DNA from: Spirochaetia bacterium
Lineage (GTDB): Bacteria > Spirochaetota > Spirochaetia > SZUA-6 > Bin103
DNA: 64,000 nucleotides
Reading direction: 5' to 3'
Assembly (NCBI GenBank): GCA_965203905.1
Contig: CBDBDQ010000005.1
Span: forward strand, 4,320,001-4,384,000
The position numbers and the translations under genes are program-made. This document shows, in pieces, positions 1 through 9,313 of this stretch. How positions within the stretch are numbered: the stretch's first letter is position 1; each line of letters begins with the position of its first letter. Under the pieces are notes generated by a model that ran no database searches, was not told the DNA's origin, and was given only the letters and a program-made list of their open reading frames with translations.

Positions 1-49
1 CTGCTGGCCCGTCGGCCGCCGCTGCGAGTCGCCATCCCCGCGGTCCGCT

Positions 50-886
50 CTATTCCTTGAGCGAGCCCGCGGTGATTCCGCTTATGATCTTCCGGTGAAA
101 GATGAAATAGAACAGCAACGGCGGGATGGTAGCCATGAACATCGCAGCCAGCATAGGCCCCCAGTCAGCGTTGTACGGACCGCGAAAGCTCATCAACCCG
201 ACCGCAAGTGTCTTGGCGTGATTGTTCTTCATGATCACCAGAGAGAACAAGAATTCATTCCAGATACCGAGAAAGTTGATGATGAGTACGGTCGCTATCC
301 CACCTAAAGATACCGGCATAACGATCCGACCAAATACTTGCAGATGGTTGCCTCCGTCGATCTTCGCAGCTTCCATGATCTCATTCGGAAACTGGCGGAA
401 GTACGTTTGCAGGAGAAGAATCGAGAAGGGAAGAAAGAAGGCGACGTAGGGCAGGATGAGACCCCAGTAGTTGCTCAGTAGCTTGAGCTGCGCAATGAAG
501 TAATAGAGTGGGATGATGAGCGCATGGACCGGGATCCCGAGCATCCCTACGAGTGCTATGAGAATGACGTTCTTGCCCGGACCGTTGAGCTTTGCCATCG
601 CGTAACCGGCGAGGAGCGCGACCATGGTCAGTAGCGCGAGGGTGGTGAGCGTAACTATTGTGCTGTTCAGGAAGTAGACCGAAATCAGGATGCCGCGCTG
701 ATTGAAGAGCCTCAGGTCATAGTTGTTCAGATAGAGAGAAGTCGGCGGAGCGAAAATACGCGACAATATGTCTGCCGTTGGTTTCAGTGTGGAAAGGGCA
801 AGCCACACTACGGGATACAGTTGGAGAATGGCCCAAAGGATCAGCAGAGCATGTATGATGGTGTGTCCGACGCCGGATTTTCTCAA
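50..886 (-). CDS. Carbohydrate ABC transporter permease (MalG/UgpE type)
   Basis: C-terminal part of ORF 50..1891. EAA motif 'EIMEAAKIDG', 'WNEFLFSL', six TM segments. TTG start at 886 overlaps the TGA of the upstream permease. Confidence 0.9.
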   Translation of the reverse strand: MRKSGVGHTIIHALLILWAILQLYPVVWLALSTLKPTADILSRIFAPPTSLYLNNYDLRLFNQRGILISVYFLNSTIVTLTTLALLTMVALLAGYAMAKLNGPGKNVILIALVGMLGIPVHALIIPLYYFIAQLKLLSNYWGLILPYVAFFLPFSILLLQTYFRQFPNEIMEAAKIDGGNHLQVFGRIVMPVSLGGIATVLIINFLGIWNEFLFSLVIMKNNHAKTLAVGLMSFRGPYNADWGPMLAAMFMATIPPLLFYFIFHRKIISGITAGSLKE

Positions 887-1791
887 TTCGGTTCTGCTCG
901 TCTGACTGTTCCTGCGTAGCCGGACACTCGTATGTAGATGAGCGAAAACACGAGCGCAACGAAGAACATGATGCTGGCGATGACTGAGCCATATCCGAAG
1001 CGAACCAAGCGGAACGCGTCCTTGTACAAGTGCGTGCCGAGTACCTCGGTGGCTCCTGCTGGCCCGCCCTGGGTCATGACCCACACCTGATCGAACACCT
1101 TGAAGCTGAAGATGAGCTGGAGCATGATAATGACGGAGAAAACGTGTCGGAGCAATGGAATGGTGATCGAGAATACCGTGCGCAGTCTGGTGGCGCCGTC
1201 GATCATCGCGGACTCGTAGAGTTGAGGGTTGATGCTCTGCATTCCGGCCAGCAGAAAGATCATCGTGAAACCCGAGTATTGCCACACCGCGGTAGCGATG
1301 ATGGCGGACATCGCGGTGGCCCCGTCTCCGAGCCATACTCGTTGCAGGTGTTCCAATCCAATGGCGGCCAGCAACGCGTTGAGTAATCCAAATGGATCCA
1401 GCACCTTCACCCATAGCAGGCCAGTAATGACAACGGAGATCGAGACCGTAAGGAAGAACAGAAACCGGTAGACCGCCCAGAACCGTATCTTGAAGTCTAT
1501 CAGGAGAGCGAGTACGAAGCCGATGCCCACCGTCCCCACGGTGGCAAAAAAAGAAAACAGCAACGAGTTCTTCAGCGCGGTCCAGAAGAACTCGTCCTTG
1601 GTAAACATTGTCGCGAAGTTCTTGAGACCGATAAAGGTGAGCTTTCCGTAACCCTTCCAGCGAAAGAAGGGTAGCACGAGAGACTGAATCATCGGGTAGA
1701 GGATGAACAAGCTGATGAACAGAAGCGCTGGCAACATGAAGCCATAGAACATCATGTACTCGCCGTAGTCCCGTTTCACGGTGCGTGCCAT
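883..1791 (-). CDS. Carbohydrate ABC transporter permease (MalF/UgpA type)
   Basis: 'LYESAMIDGA' EAA motif, 'FKVFDQVWVMTQGGP', 'GLKNF'; multiple TM helices. Confidence 0.93.
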   Translation of the reverse strand: MARTVKRDYGEYMMFYGFMLPALLFISLFILYPMIQSLVLPFFRWKGYGKLTFIGLKNFATMFTKDEFFWTALKNSLLFSFFATVGTVGIGFVLALLIDFKIRFWAVYRFLFFLTVSISVVITGLLWVKVLDPFGLLNALLAAIGLEHLQRVWLGDGATAMSAIIATAVWQYSGFTMIFLLAGMQSINPQLYESAMIDGATRLRTVFSITIPLLRHVFSVIIMLQLIFSFKVFDQVWVMTQGGPAGATEVLGTHLYKDAFRLVRFGYGSVIASIMFFVALVFSLIYIRVSGYAGTVRRAEPN

Positions 1792-1959
1792 CTGGTAGCG
1801 CCCGTACGCCGCCGCACTCTAATGAAGCATCGGTAGCGGACGCTGGACGGCGGCCGCTCCTGGCGCTGAGACTCGCTGCATCTGTTGTCACTAAGTCCCC
1901 GGCTACCGGCAGCCGATCGAGCTCTCCTGGGACGCGGCTGACGGCGCCGGAGGGTTACC

Positions 1960-3264
1960 TCATTCGAGCGAGCCGACCGCCGTCTGATACATCCTCTCGG
2001 CCGCCTCAGCCGGCGAGATATTACCCTCGAAGATACTGGCAATGGTGTCGTAGTAACCCTGCCGGTGCGGTGGGCTTTGCAAAGCATCGATGATCCCGAC
2101 GTCGCCGTGGGTCCTTACGTCTGCTATGATCCTGCGCACGATCGGATGCACGATTTCTGCGAAGTCGGAAGCGCTGACCGCAGTGTTGTCCGGGATCGCA
2201 CCCATCTCGTAGACGACGCGTGCGTACTCCTTTCCAAACGAGGTGTTCAAGAAGTCGATGATCACCGGCAGCTTGTTTTCGTCGACGTAACTCGGAATGA
2301 TCAGACCGTTGTAGCCTGCTGGTATCGATACGTTGCCGTTGATTGGCGGCAGGTTGAAGTAATCGTACTCAAGGTCGGGTGCTTCGCTGGTGAAGATACC
2401 CGGTGTCCAGCTTCCCGAATTGTAGATAGCCGAAGTGCCATCCACGAATAGCGTTCTAGCGGCCCCGTCATCCATCGCGTTGGCGCCCTTGACGAACACT
2501 TCTGCATCAATGAGTCGCTTGATGTAACCCCATGCTTCCACCGCTGCCGGGTGCCGAAAAACCTCGGCGGTAGCCGGGCTTCGATTCGGGTCTCGCTCCC
2601 AGTTCAAGAACTGTTCAAACTGAGCCATGGGCATCACACGGGCGAGAATATCGTTGAATATTCCCCCGATGGGCCAGCGCGTCAGTACTCCGGCGGACCA
2701 AGCCTCATATCCCGCCGACTTCAGCTTTGCCGCCAGCGTGAAGAGCTCGTCCATCGACTCCGGTGGTACCACACCCACTTGCTTGAAGGTGTCGGTCCGG
2801 TAGAAGTAATGGGGCACGGTAACCCAATCGGTGGTGAAATAGAAATTGCCGAGATCGTCTGTCTCGTAGATCTTGGCACCGACATTCTTCTTGTCGTACC
2901 AACCTTGTTCTTTGGTGATCTCGGTCAGATCGAGCAGCAGCCCGTCGCGCGCCCAGGTGTCGATGGCAGCTCCTCCCCAGTAGAAGGTCAGGTCGAGATC
3001 CTCTGCACCGCTCGCCAGCGCAGAGGTCATAACGTCCTGGATTGCCTGCGCCTCATGAGAGGTGATGTTGATCTTTACGTCCGGGTGTTCCGCTTCGTAT
3101 AGCGCCTTCCACTTCTGGTACATCTCGGTTTGCACGCCGGCCAGGCACCAGACGCTCAGCGTGGTCGGGCCGGATGCGTCTTCGGTGCCGGCAGCAGGAA
3201 GGAATGTAGCGACCAGGCAGAGTGTCAGCGCCAGCAGCGCCGACCGGACTGGCTTGCTATTCAT
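1960..3264 (-). CDS. Carbohydrate ABC transporter substrate-binding protein (SBP_bac_1/8)
   Basis: Signal peptide MNSKPVRSALLALTLCLVATFLPAAG; 'YEAEHPDVKINI', 'LLDLT', 'AIYNSGSW'; SD GAGGAG upstream of ATG 3264. Confidence 0.9.
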   Translation of the reverse strand: MNSKPVRSALLALTLCLVATFLPAAGTEDASGPTTLSVWCLAGVQTEMYQKWKALYEAEHPDVKINITSHEAQAIQDVMTSALASGAEDLDLTFYWGGAAIDTWARDGLLLDLTEITKEQGWYDKKNVGAKIYETDDLGNFYFTTDWVTVPHYFYRTDTFKQVGVVPPESMDELFTLAAKLKSAGYEAWSAGVLTRWPIGGIFNDILARVMPMAQFEQFLNWERDPNRSPATAEVFRHPAAVEAWGYIKRLIDAEVFVKGANAMDDGAARTLFVDGTSAIYNSGSWTPGIFTSEAPDLEYDYFNLPPINGNVSIPAGYNGLIIPSYVDENKLPVIIDFLNTSFGKEYARVVYEMGAIPDNTAVSASDFAEIVHPIVRRIIADVRTHGDVGIIDALQSPPHRQGYYDTIASIFEGNISPAEAAERMYQTAVGSLE

Positions 3265-3502
3265 GCAGTTCTCCTCTGGGGTGACATTGCGGGTGGGGCC
3301 CATAGGCCCGATTACGCACTCTATCGCGCCGCTTCCGGGCCGTCAAGCTACGCGACGTTACGCGACGTGACGTGAGTGATCGTGAGTGAGGCAACGTGAG
3401 GGCAAGGACAGTGCCTGCAGGACCGCAGTGCAGCAAGCGCATCGCGTGTGCGGGCAAGAGCGCCTTTGATAGATCGGCTGGAGTCCGCGGGAGCGGCCAA
3501 TG

Positions 3503-3531
3503 CTGACGCGGCCGCATGGATATGCTATATT
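3503..3531 (+). promoter_or_regulatory. Sigma70-type promoter of tRNA-Gln
   Basis: CTGACG-N17-TATATT with TG extension (TGcTATATT), 16 nt before the tRNA. Confidence 0.6.
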
Positions 3532-3547
3532 TGTTGGCGTTCCTCTC

Positions 3548-3618
3548 TGCCCGATGGTGTAACGGTAGCACGACAGACTCTGGATCTGTTCGTCGGGGTT
3601 CGAATCCCTGTCGGGCAG
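3548..3618 (+). tRNA. tRNA-Gln (anticodon CTG)
   Basis: Acceptor stem TGCCCGA/TCGGGCA, D-arm TGGTGTAACGGTAGCA, anticodon arm ACAGA-CTCTGGA-TCTGT, T-loop GGTTCGAATCC, discriminator G. CCA is not encoded. Confidence 0.97.
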
Positions 3619-3700
3619 CATTTGATTGCTGCATAAATAATTACGTCAGATCTGGCGATTCACGAGGCATGCTAGGCGTTCACGCGCCTGACCGTGCGAC

Positions 3701-4651
3701 TCACTTGGTTACTTGCAGATCGGCCGAGACGACGCAGTGGTCCGGGTGGGCACCGTGCCGGGGCCATTCACGGGTCGAATCCGGGACCAGCAGGGCTGCG
3801 GCGGCAGCGTCGAGGACGATATGGTCGATGTGTTCCTCGAAGTCCGGATCGCACTGGTAGTCGATGTCCGCGGTCAGGAGATCCAGCGGGGATGAATCCG
3901 GCGAGAGTGCTCTCCAGGCCCAGTCGTCGCTGACGGCGAGGCGGCGGTTGAAGTCGCCAAGGATGCCGAAAGCGGTCCCCTCGTCCTCCCGGCGGTCGGC
4001 CCAGGCTCTGACCTCGTGAATCTGATTTCTCAGTGTGGTGCAGGTCAGCATGCGCGACTCGTTCGAGTCTTGTTCGGCCGACCAGCATCCGGACTTCAGG
4101 TGCAGGGACAGGAGTCGCAGTCGGCGGTCGCCGAAGGTGACGGTGATGTCCGTTCCCCAGCGATCGGAAGCCGGGTCGCCGAGGGATTGCAGGTCTTCGT
4201 TGCGCTGGTACACGATCTCCTTGCGGATGGCGAGACCGGTCGCCTGATGGTGCAGGTAGTTTCCCGGTATCCTCCAGCACTCGCGCGCCGCAGGTGTTTC
4301 GGGACGAGTGGACACCTCCACGTGCCAGTGGGTTGTGGGGAACACCCTGAGCGCTGCGTCGGCGTTTTCCACTTCCTGGAAGGCCACGACGTCCGGGGCG
4401 ATCTCCCGGATACGGTCGGCGATGGCATCGTAGTCTGCCTGCTCCCTGGGCACGCAGCCTGCCTCGTCGGTGTCGTTCAGGTGCTCCAGGTTCCAGGTGG
4501 CGATGCGCAGGTGCAGAGTTTCGAGCGAGTCTGGAACGATTCCCGGTCCCCGGCAGCCGGCAAGCAGCAACGGCACTCCGAGCAGCACGACCAGCGCGGC
4601 AACGGCGAGCTTCCTGTGCATGCTGCGTTCAGGTTGCGGGTCTTCACTCAT
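3701..4651 (-). CDS. Endonuclease/exonuclease/phosphatase (EEP) family lipoprotein
   Basis: Lipobox LLAGC; motifs ATWN, AFQEV, LHLKSGC, LGDFN, IDHI, PDHC; SD GGAGG. Confidence 0.88.
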   Translation of the reverse strand: MSEDPQPERSMHRKLAVAALVVLLGVPLLLAGCRGPGIVPDSLETLHLRIATWNLEHLNDTDEAGCVPREQADYDAIADRIREIAPDVVAFQEVENADAALRVFPTTHWHVEVSTRPETPAARECWRIPGNYLHHQATGLAIRKEIVYQRNEDLQSLGDPASDRWGTDITVTFGDRRLRLLSLHLKSGCWSAEQDSNESRMLTCTTLRNQIHEVRAWADRREDEGTAFGILGDFNRRLAVSDDWAWRALSPDSSPLDLLTADIDYQCDPDFEEHIDHIVLDAAAAALLVPDSTREWPRHGAHPDHCVVSADLQVTK

Positions 4652-4964
4652 GGGTTACCTCCAGGCGTGTCGCCGTTCGAGGGCTGTTTGGCATAGGACA
4701 AGGATAGTGTCGAAGCGCACCGGGACACAATCAAACCTGTACACTGCGTACAGCTCGTTGGCCGCTGGCGGATGGGTGCGCGTAGTCCTGACTCGGTTGA
4801 TCGAGGACCATCTCGGATACAGCTCGACTTGTCGGGAGGTCGTCGATGCGTGTAACGGAGCGGCGCGGCTGCCGAGACGGTAGGTGCGCGGCGCCGGTGG
4901 CTGCGGCGGATCCGGCGCCCGGCGCACTTGGCGGCGCGTGCGGCTGCTGTATATGTTCGGTTGC

Positions 4965-5432
4965 ATGAGTGACACGGCGTTGCGGGAACATCTGGTGAAT
5001 CTGCTGCAGGGGCGTGGGGCGCACGTGCCGTTCGAGCGCGCGGTGGCGGAGATCCCGGAGCAGTACCGCGGGGTGGCGCCGACCGGAGCGGGTTTCTCTC
5101 CGTGGCAGCAACTGGAGCACTTGCGGCTGGCGCAGTGGGACATCCTGGAGTTCAGCCGTGACCCCGCCCACGTGTCGCCGACCTGGCCTGATGGCTATTG
5201 GCCGGCCTCGGTGTCGCCCCCGCCGGGCGCCTGGAAGAACAGCGTCGACGCATTCCTGGCCGACCGGACTGCGATGGTGGATCTGGTATCCGATCCGCAG
5301 GCTGACCTGTATCAGCCGTTCGCCCACGGCAGCGGTCAGAACCTGCTGCGCGAGGCGCTGGTGCTGGCCGACCACAACTCCTACCACGTCGGTCAGCTCG
5401 TGCTGCTTCGGCGCCTGCTGGGGTGTTGGTGA
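4965..5432 (+). CDS. DinB family protein
   Basis: 'GAHVPFE', 'SPWQQLEHLRLAQWDILEF', 'LREALVLADHNSYHVGQ' (DinB His triad). Confidence 0.85.
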   Translation: MSDTALREHLVNLLQGRGAHVPFERAVAEIPEQYRGVAPTGAGFSPWQQLEHLRLAQWDILEFSRDPAHVSPTWPDGYWPASVSPPPGAWKNSVDAFLADRTAMVDLVSDPQADLYQPFAHGSGQNLLREALVLADHNSYHVGQLVLLRRLLGCW

Positions 5433-5472
5433 CGGTGCCGGGTCTGCGCTTCGTGCGGGCCGCGAGGGCGCG

Positions 5473-6621
5473 GTGCCGAGCATAACGGTTCGCGACCTGA
5501 CCATCCGCTACGACCAGGTGCTGGCCGTGAACAACCTGGCGCTGCACGTGGAGGAGGGCGAGTTCATGGTGCTGCTCGGAGCGTCCGGGAGCGGCAAGAC
5601 CTCCACGTTGCGCGCCATCGCCGGATTGGAGCGGCCTGCCGAGGGTGAGATCACGTTCGGCGACCGGTGCATGTTCTCGGCACCGCTGGCGGTCGACGTG
5701 CCGCCGGCGCGCCGCGGCGTGGGGATGGTATTTCAGAACTACGCGCTGTATCCCCACATGACCGCGATGCAGAACGTTGCGTTTCCGCTCAAGACGCAGC
5801 GCGTGCCGCGGGAGAAGATCGCCCTGGCCGTGGAGCAGGCGCTGGCGCTGGTCGATCTGACCGGACTGGAGGAGCGTTACCCGCGCCAGCTCAGCGGCGG
5901 CCAGCAGCAGCGGGTTGCGCTGGCCCGGATGCTGGTGGGGCAACCCGAGGTGCTGCTGTTCGACGAGCCCCTCTCCAACGTCGACGCCAAGCTGCGGGTG
6001 GCGCTGCGCACCGATCTGAAGCGCCTGCAGCGCAGGATCGGCGCCACTTCACTGTACGTGACCCACGATGTCTCCGAGGCGTTCTCCATGGCCGACCGCA
6101 TCGCCATCATGTTCCACGGCGTCGTGCACCAGATCGGCCGCGCCGACGACCTGTACCACCGTCCGGAGACGCTGCAGGTGGCAGAGATGACCGGGCTCCC
6201 GCAGTCCAACCTGATACCAGTCACGGTCTCGCGCAGCAATTGCCACGTCCTGCTGGCCCCGGAGGCCGACCCGACGCGGCCGTTTCCGCTCCCCACGATG
6301 AAGGGCGTCTTCAACGGGCAGCGGGCGGTGGTGAACGTGCGCGTCGAGGATCTGGAGATCATCGGCACCGGGCAGGCGGAGGGAGCCGGGCCGCTGTTCG
6401 AGGTGTTCGCCGTGCTGCCGCAAGGCGCGGCGACCCTGATTCACCTGCGTTTCGCCGGGCGCCGGGAAGAACTGGTGGCGCGGGTGCCGCGCGCCGCTCC
6501 GGCATGGCGCCACGGTCAACGCGCCCACCTGCGGCTGCGGCGCGGCAACCTCTACGACGCCGCTACCGAGCGCCTGATCGACTCGTTCGACGCCACCGTG
6601 CGGCCGGCGGATTCCGCCTGA
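5473..6621 (+). CDS. ABC transporter ATP-binding protein (MalK/PotA type)
   Basis: Walker A GASGSGKT, 'VFQNYALYPH', LSGGQQQR, LLFDEP, YVTHD; GTG start after GAGGG. Confidence 0.9.
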   Translation: MPSITVRDLTIRYDQVLAVNNLALHVEEGEFMVLLGASGSGKTSTLRAIAGLERPAEGEITFGDRCMFSAPLAVDVPPARRGVGMVFQNYALYPHMTAMQNVAFPLKTQRVPREKIALAVEQALALVDLTGLEERYPRQLSGGQQQRVALARMLVGQPEVLLFDEPLSNVDAKLRVALRTDLKRLQRRIGATSLYVTHDVSEAFSMADRIAIMFHGVVHQIGRADDLYHRPETLQVAEMTGLPQSNLIPVTVSRSNCHVLLAPEADPTRPFPLPTMKGVFNGQRAVVNVRVEDLEIIGTGQAEGAGPLFEVFAVLPQGAATLIHLRFAGRREELVARVPRAAPAWRHGQRAHLRLRRGNLYDAATERLIDSFDATVRPADSA

Positions 6622-8256
6622 TCAAGCGGACGGCGCGGGCCGGGTTGCAGCAGGCTCGGCGGCAGACTTGCGCGCGAGCTGGGCGCGGATGTCCTCGAAG
6701 CTGATCCCGTAACGGCGCGCCACGTCACGGGCGTAGCTGAGGCCGACCGGCGGGCCGGGCCGGATCCGGTAGGTGCGGCGCACTTCGCCGATACCGTCAT
6801 TGCCGGCGCCGTTGGACTCGATCCCCGCCACCATGCTCACCAGCCGGCTGGCGCCTTCCACTTCCCGGTTGATCGCATCGACCCGTTCCCCCAGCTCGTG
6901 CAGGTGGGTGGCGAACACCGCGCGTGCCCCCAGCAGGCGCAGGCCTCGCACCACGTCCTGCGCCAGGTACAGGCTCTCGCTGGGGCTGGTGCTGGCCAGC
7001 GACTCGTTCATCAGGATCAGGCTGTGCTCACTGGCGGCGCCAAAGATGGCGGACAGGCGGCGCGCCTCCTCCGCCAGGCGGCCGCCCTCGGCGTGGCCGG
7101 GCTCATCTACCGGAAAGTGGGTGCCGACCACGTCCGCCGGACTCACGGTTGCCGCTTCGGCGGGCGCGTAGAGACCGGCCTGAGCCAGCACCTGCAGCAA
7201 GCCCACGGCCCGCGTGAAGGTGGTCTTGCCGCCCTGATTGGGACCGGTGAGCACCAGGATCCTGCCGGTGCCGTCCATGTCGAGATCGTTGCCCACGATG
7301 GCCGCCGCACGTTCCTCGGAGCTACCCAGGGCCAGGTTGACGTTGTACAACCGGCTCACCTGCAGGCGGCGCTCGGCGCTGGGTGCCAGCCGCGGGCGGC
7401 AGATCGGCAGTCCGCGCGCCCGGAGCCGCTCGAAGAGCTGTGCCGCGCCCAAATAGAAGGCGATCTCGCGTTCCAACGAGAGCAGGTCCTGGACCTGCAG
7501 GCGCACGTACTGGCCGAGCGCCTTGGCCAGGGGCCGCGCCACGGCACCCAGAATCCGATCCAGATCGCCGAACAGGGTCCCCATCGCCGCCACCCGCTTG
7601 ATGCTGGCCACCGGCTGGTAGGGCGAGGCGGCGCCGAAGATGCGGCTCAGCAGCGGTCGCTCGGCGAATTTTTCTTCGTGTACGGCCAGCAGCGTGGCTT
7701 CCGAGGGCCGGAGCTGGTCGTCCAGGTTGATGCCGATGCTGACGCTGGCGCGCCGCTTCAGGCCGCCGCGCAGCGCCGGCAGCTCCTGCAGCAGCCGCTG
7801 GTACACCGGGTCCGCCTGGCGCCGCCGGACGAATGCCAGCAGCGCCCGCAGCCCCGCCGACTCCAGCTCCGGGAGCTGGGCGGCGTCAGCCAGCCGCTGC
7901 AGACACGCCACGTAGGTCTCCAGCTCGCCCAGGCGCCACACCGCCTGCTGCAGCGGCGCGCTCTGCTCCTTGCGGGTGGTGGTGAAGAACGCCAGCTCGC
8001 GCAGCATCGGCCGCGCCTCGCGCAACACCTCGCGCAGCGGAGCGGAGCCCAGCACGTCGGCCAGCACGCTCTGGCGGTAGTGGATCGTGGCGACGTCCTG
8101 GCACAGCTCGAAGAGCAGCTCTTCCGGCAGTCCGAACTGCTCCCGCAACGCCGCCAGTCCGGTATCGGCGGCGGCCTGCCGGTCGAGCCGCGGGCGGCCG
8201 GGAGCCGTGCCGGCAGAGGGATAGCACAGGCTCACCCTGTCCTGGGCGGGGTCCAT
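6622..8256 (-). CDS. MutS-related ATPase (domain V only, no mismatch-binding domain)
   Basis: TGPNQGGKTT, 'LAQAG', 'GRLAEE', Walker B 'LILMNES', 'FATH', 'SYARDVA'. Confidence 0.85.
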   Translation of the reverse strand: MDPAQDRVSLCYPSAGTAPGRPRLDRQAAADTGLAALREQFGLPEELLFELCQDVATIHYRQSVLADVLGSAPLREVLREARPMLRELAFFTTTRKEQSAPLQQAVWRLGELETYVACLQRLADAAQLPELESAGLRALLAFVRRRQADPVYQRLLQELPALRGGLKRRASVSIGINLDDQLRPSEATLLAVHEEKFAERPLLSRIFGAASPYQPVASIKRVAAMGTLFGDLDRILGAVARPLAKALGQYVRLQVQDLLSLEREIAFYLGAAQLFERLRARGLPICRPRLAPSAERRLQVSRLYNVNLALGSSEERAAAIVGNDLDMDGTGRILVLTGPNQGGKTTFTRAVGLLQVLAQAGLYAPAEAATVSPADVVGTHFPVDEPGHAEGGRLAEEARRLSAIFGAASEHSLILMNESLASTSPSESLYLAQDVVRGLRLLGARAVFATHLHELGERVDAINREVEGASRLVSMVAGIESNGAGNDGIGEVRRTYRIRPGPPVGLSYARDVARRYGISFEDIRAQLARKSAAEPAATRPAPSA

Positions 8257-8373
8257 GCACCAATGCTAACGAGTGCCTCCCCGTCCTCGCAACGCCCCGC
8301 CCGCGGGTGCCGCCCGCGGCGCGGGCGCCGGCACGCTTGCGACGAATCCGCGCCCGGCGCAGAATGCATCGCC

Positions 8374-9258
8374 ATGGAACAGTCCACGTCAGCGAACGGC
8401 TCCTGGAACGACCATCGTCTCGCCCTGGCCGAGGCCGAAGCGTTTGCGCGTGACGGCGTTCTGGTGCTGCCGGACCGCCTTCCGGAGCAGGTGACCGACC
8501 GCCTCGAGGAGGCCTTCGACAAGGTGTGGGCCGCGCAGCGGGCGGCACACAACAAGAGCAAGCTGGACAAGTTCAACATGTACGATTTTCTCAGCCAGGA
8601 CGAGCGCTTCCTGGAGATGATCGACTGGCCGGCCAGCTTCCCCAAGGTGGTGGACATCCTGGGCTGGAACATCCAGATCTACCACACTCACATGATGATC
8701 ACTCCCGGCGCGGGACAGGGCGCCGACCCGGGGAAGCGCGGCTGGCACCAGGACAGCGACCGGCTCAACCGCGAGCTGGAAACCGATCCGCAGCCGCGCG
8801 TATCACTGAAGGTGGCCTTCTTCCTGAGCGATTGCAGCGTTGCCGGACGCGGCAACTTCGGCGCCGTCCCCGGCAGTCACCTGACCAATGCGCTGGTAGA
8901 TCCGGAGCGCCGAGACGTCGACCCGCCGGGCGCCACCGTGGTGCTGGTGCCGCGTGGCGGCATGGTAATGTTCGACCGGCGCATCTGGCACACCGGGACC
9001 GAGAACTACGCCGACTTCCCGCGCAAGGCTTTGTTTTATGGGTACAGCTACCGCTGGCTGCGGCCGCGTGACGACATGCAGGTGACGCACTACCTGGAGC
9101 GCTGCGATCCGATCCGCCGCCAGTTGCTCGGCACCAGTCCGAGCGGCGGCCATGGCTACACCTCGCCGCAGCCGGGGGATGTCCCGTTGCGTGCCTGGCT
9201 GGAGCAGAATCCGACCGATCCCGCGGTCGCCGCGGCGGCCGGCACGCCCACCTCGTAG
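8374..9258 (+). CDS. Phytanoyl-CoA dioxygenase (PhyH) family Fe(II)/2OG oxygenase, copy A
   Basis: 'FARDG', 'GWHQD' (HxD), 'VPGSH', 'FDRRIWH', distal Arg in 'PRKAL'. Confidence 0.9.
   Translation: MEQSTSANGSWNDHRLALAEAEAFARDGVLVLPDRLPEQVTDRLEEAFDKVWAAQRAAHNKSKLDKFNMYDFLSQDERFLEMIDWPASFPKVVDILGWNIQIYHTHMMITPGAGQGADPGKRGWHQDSDRLNRELETDPQPRVSLKVAFFLSDCSVAGRGNFGAVPGSHLTNALVDPERRDVDPPGATVVLVPRGGMVMFDRRIWHTGTENYADFPRKALFYGYSYRWLRPRDDMQVTHYLERCDPIRRQLLGTSPSGGHGYTSPQPGDVPLRAWLEQNPTDPAVAAAAGTPTS
8392..9258 (+). repeat. Direct-repeat copy 1 of an 867-bp gene duplication (partner 10266..11132)
   Basis: Colinear with constant offset 1874 and no indels; 30 of 288 residues differ by manual count. Confidence 0.9.
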
Positions 9259-9313
9259 CCGCCCCGCCGCCGTACTTGCTTTGCAGCGGTGGCCGGCGAC
9301 AGAATGGAGCGTC

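Noticed and set aside
3596-3620. attL/attR duplicate of the tRNA-Gln 3' end
   Set aside because: No second copy noticed in the window by eye.
6898-8373. Long 5' extensions of ORFs (e.g. 6898..9258, 10400..12355, 27512..29584, 45208..47079, 60634..63021, 50..1891)
   Set aside because: The extensions overlap genuine genes in other frames and are stop-poor artefacts of high GC; only the 3' portions carry family motifs.
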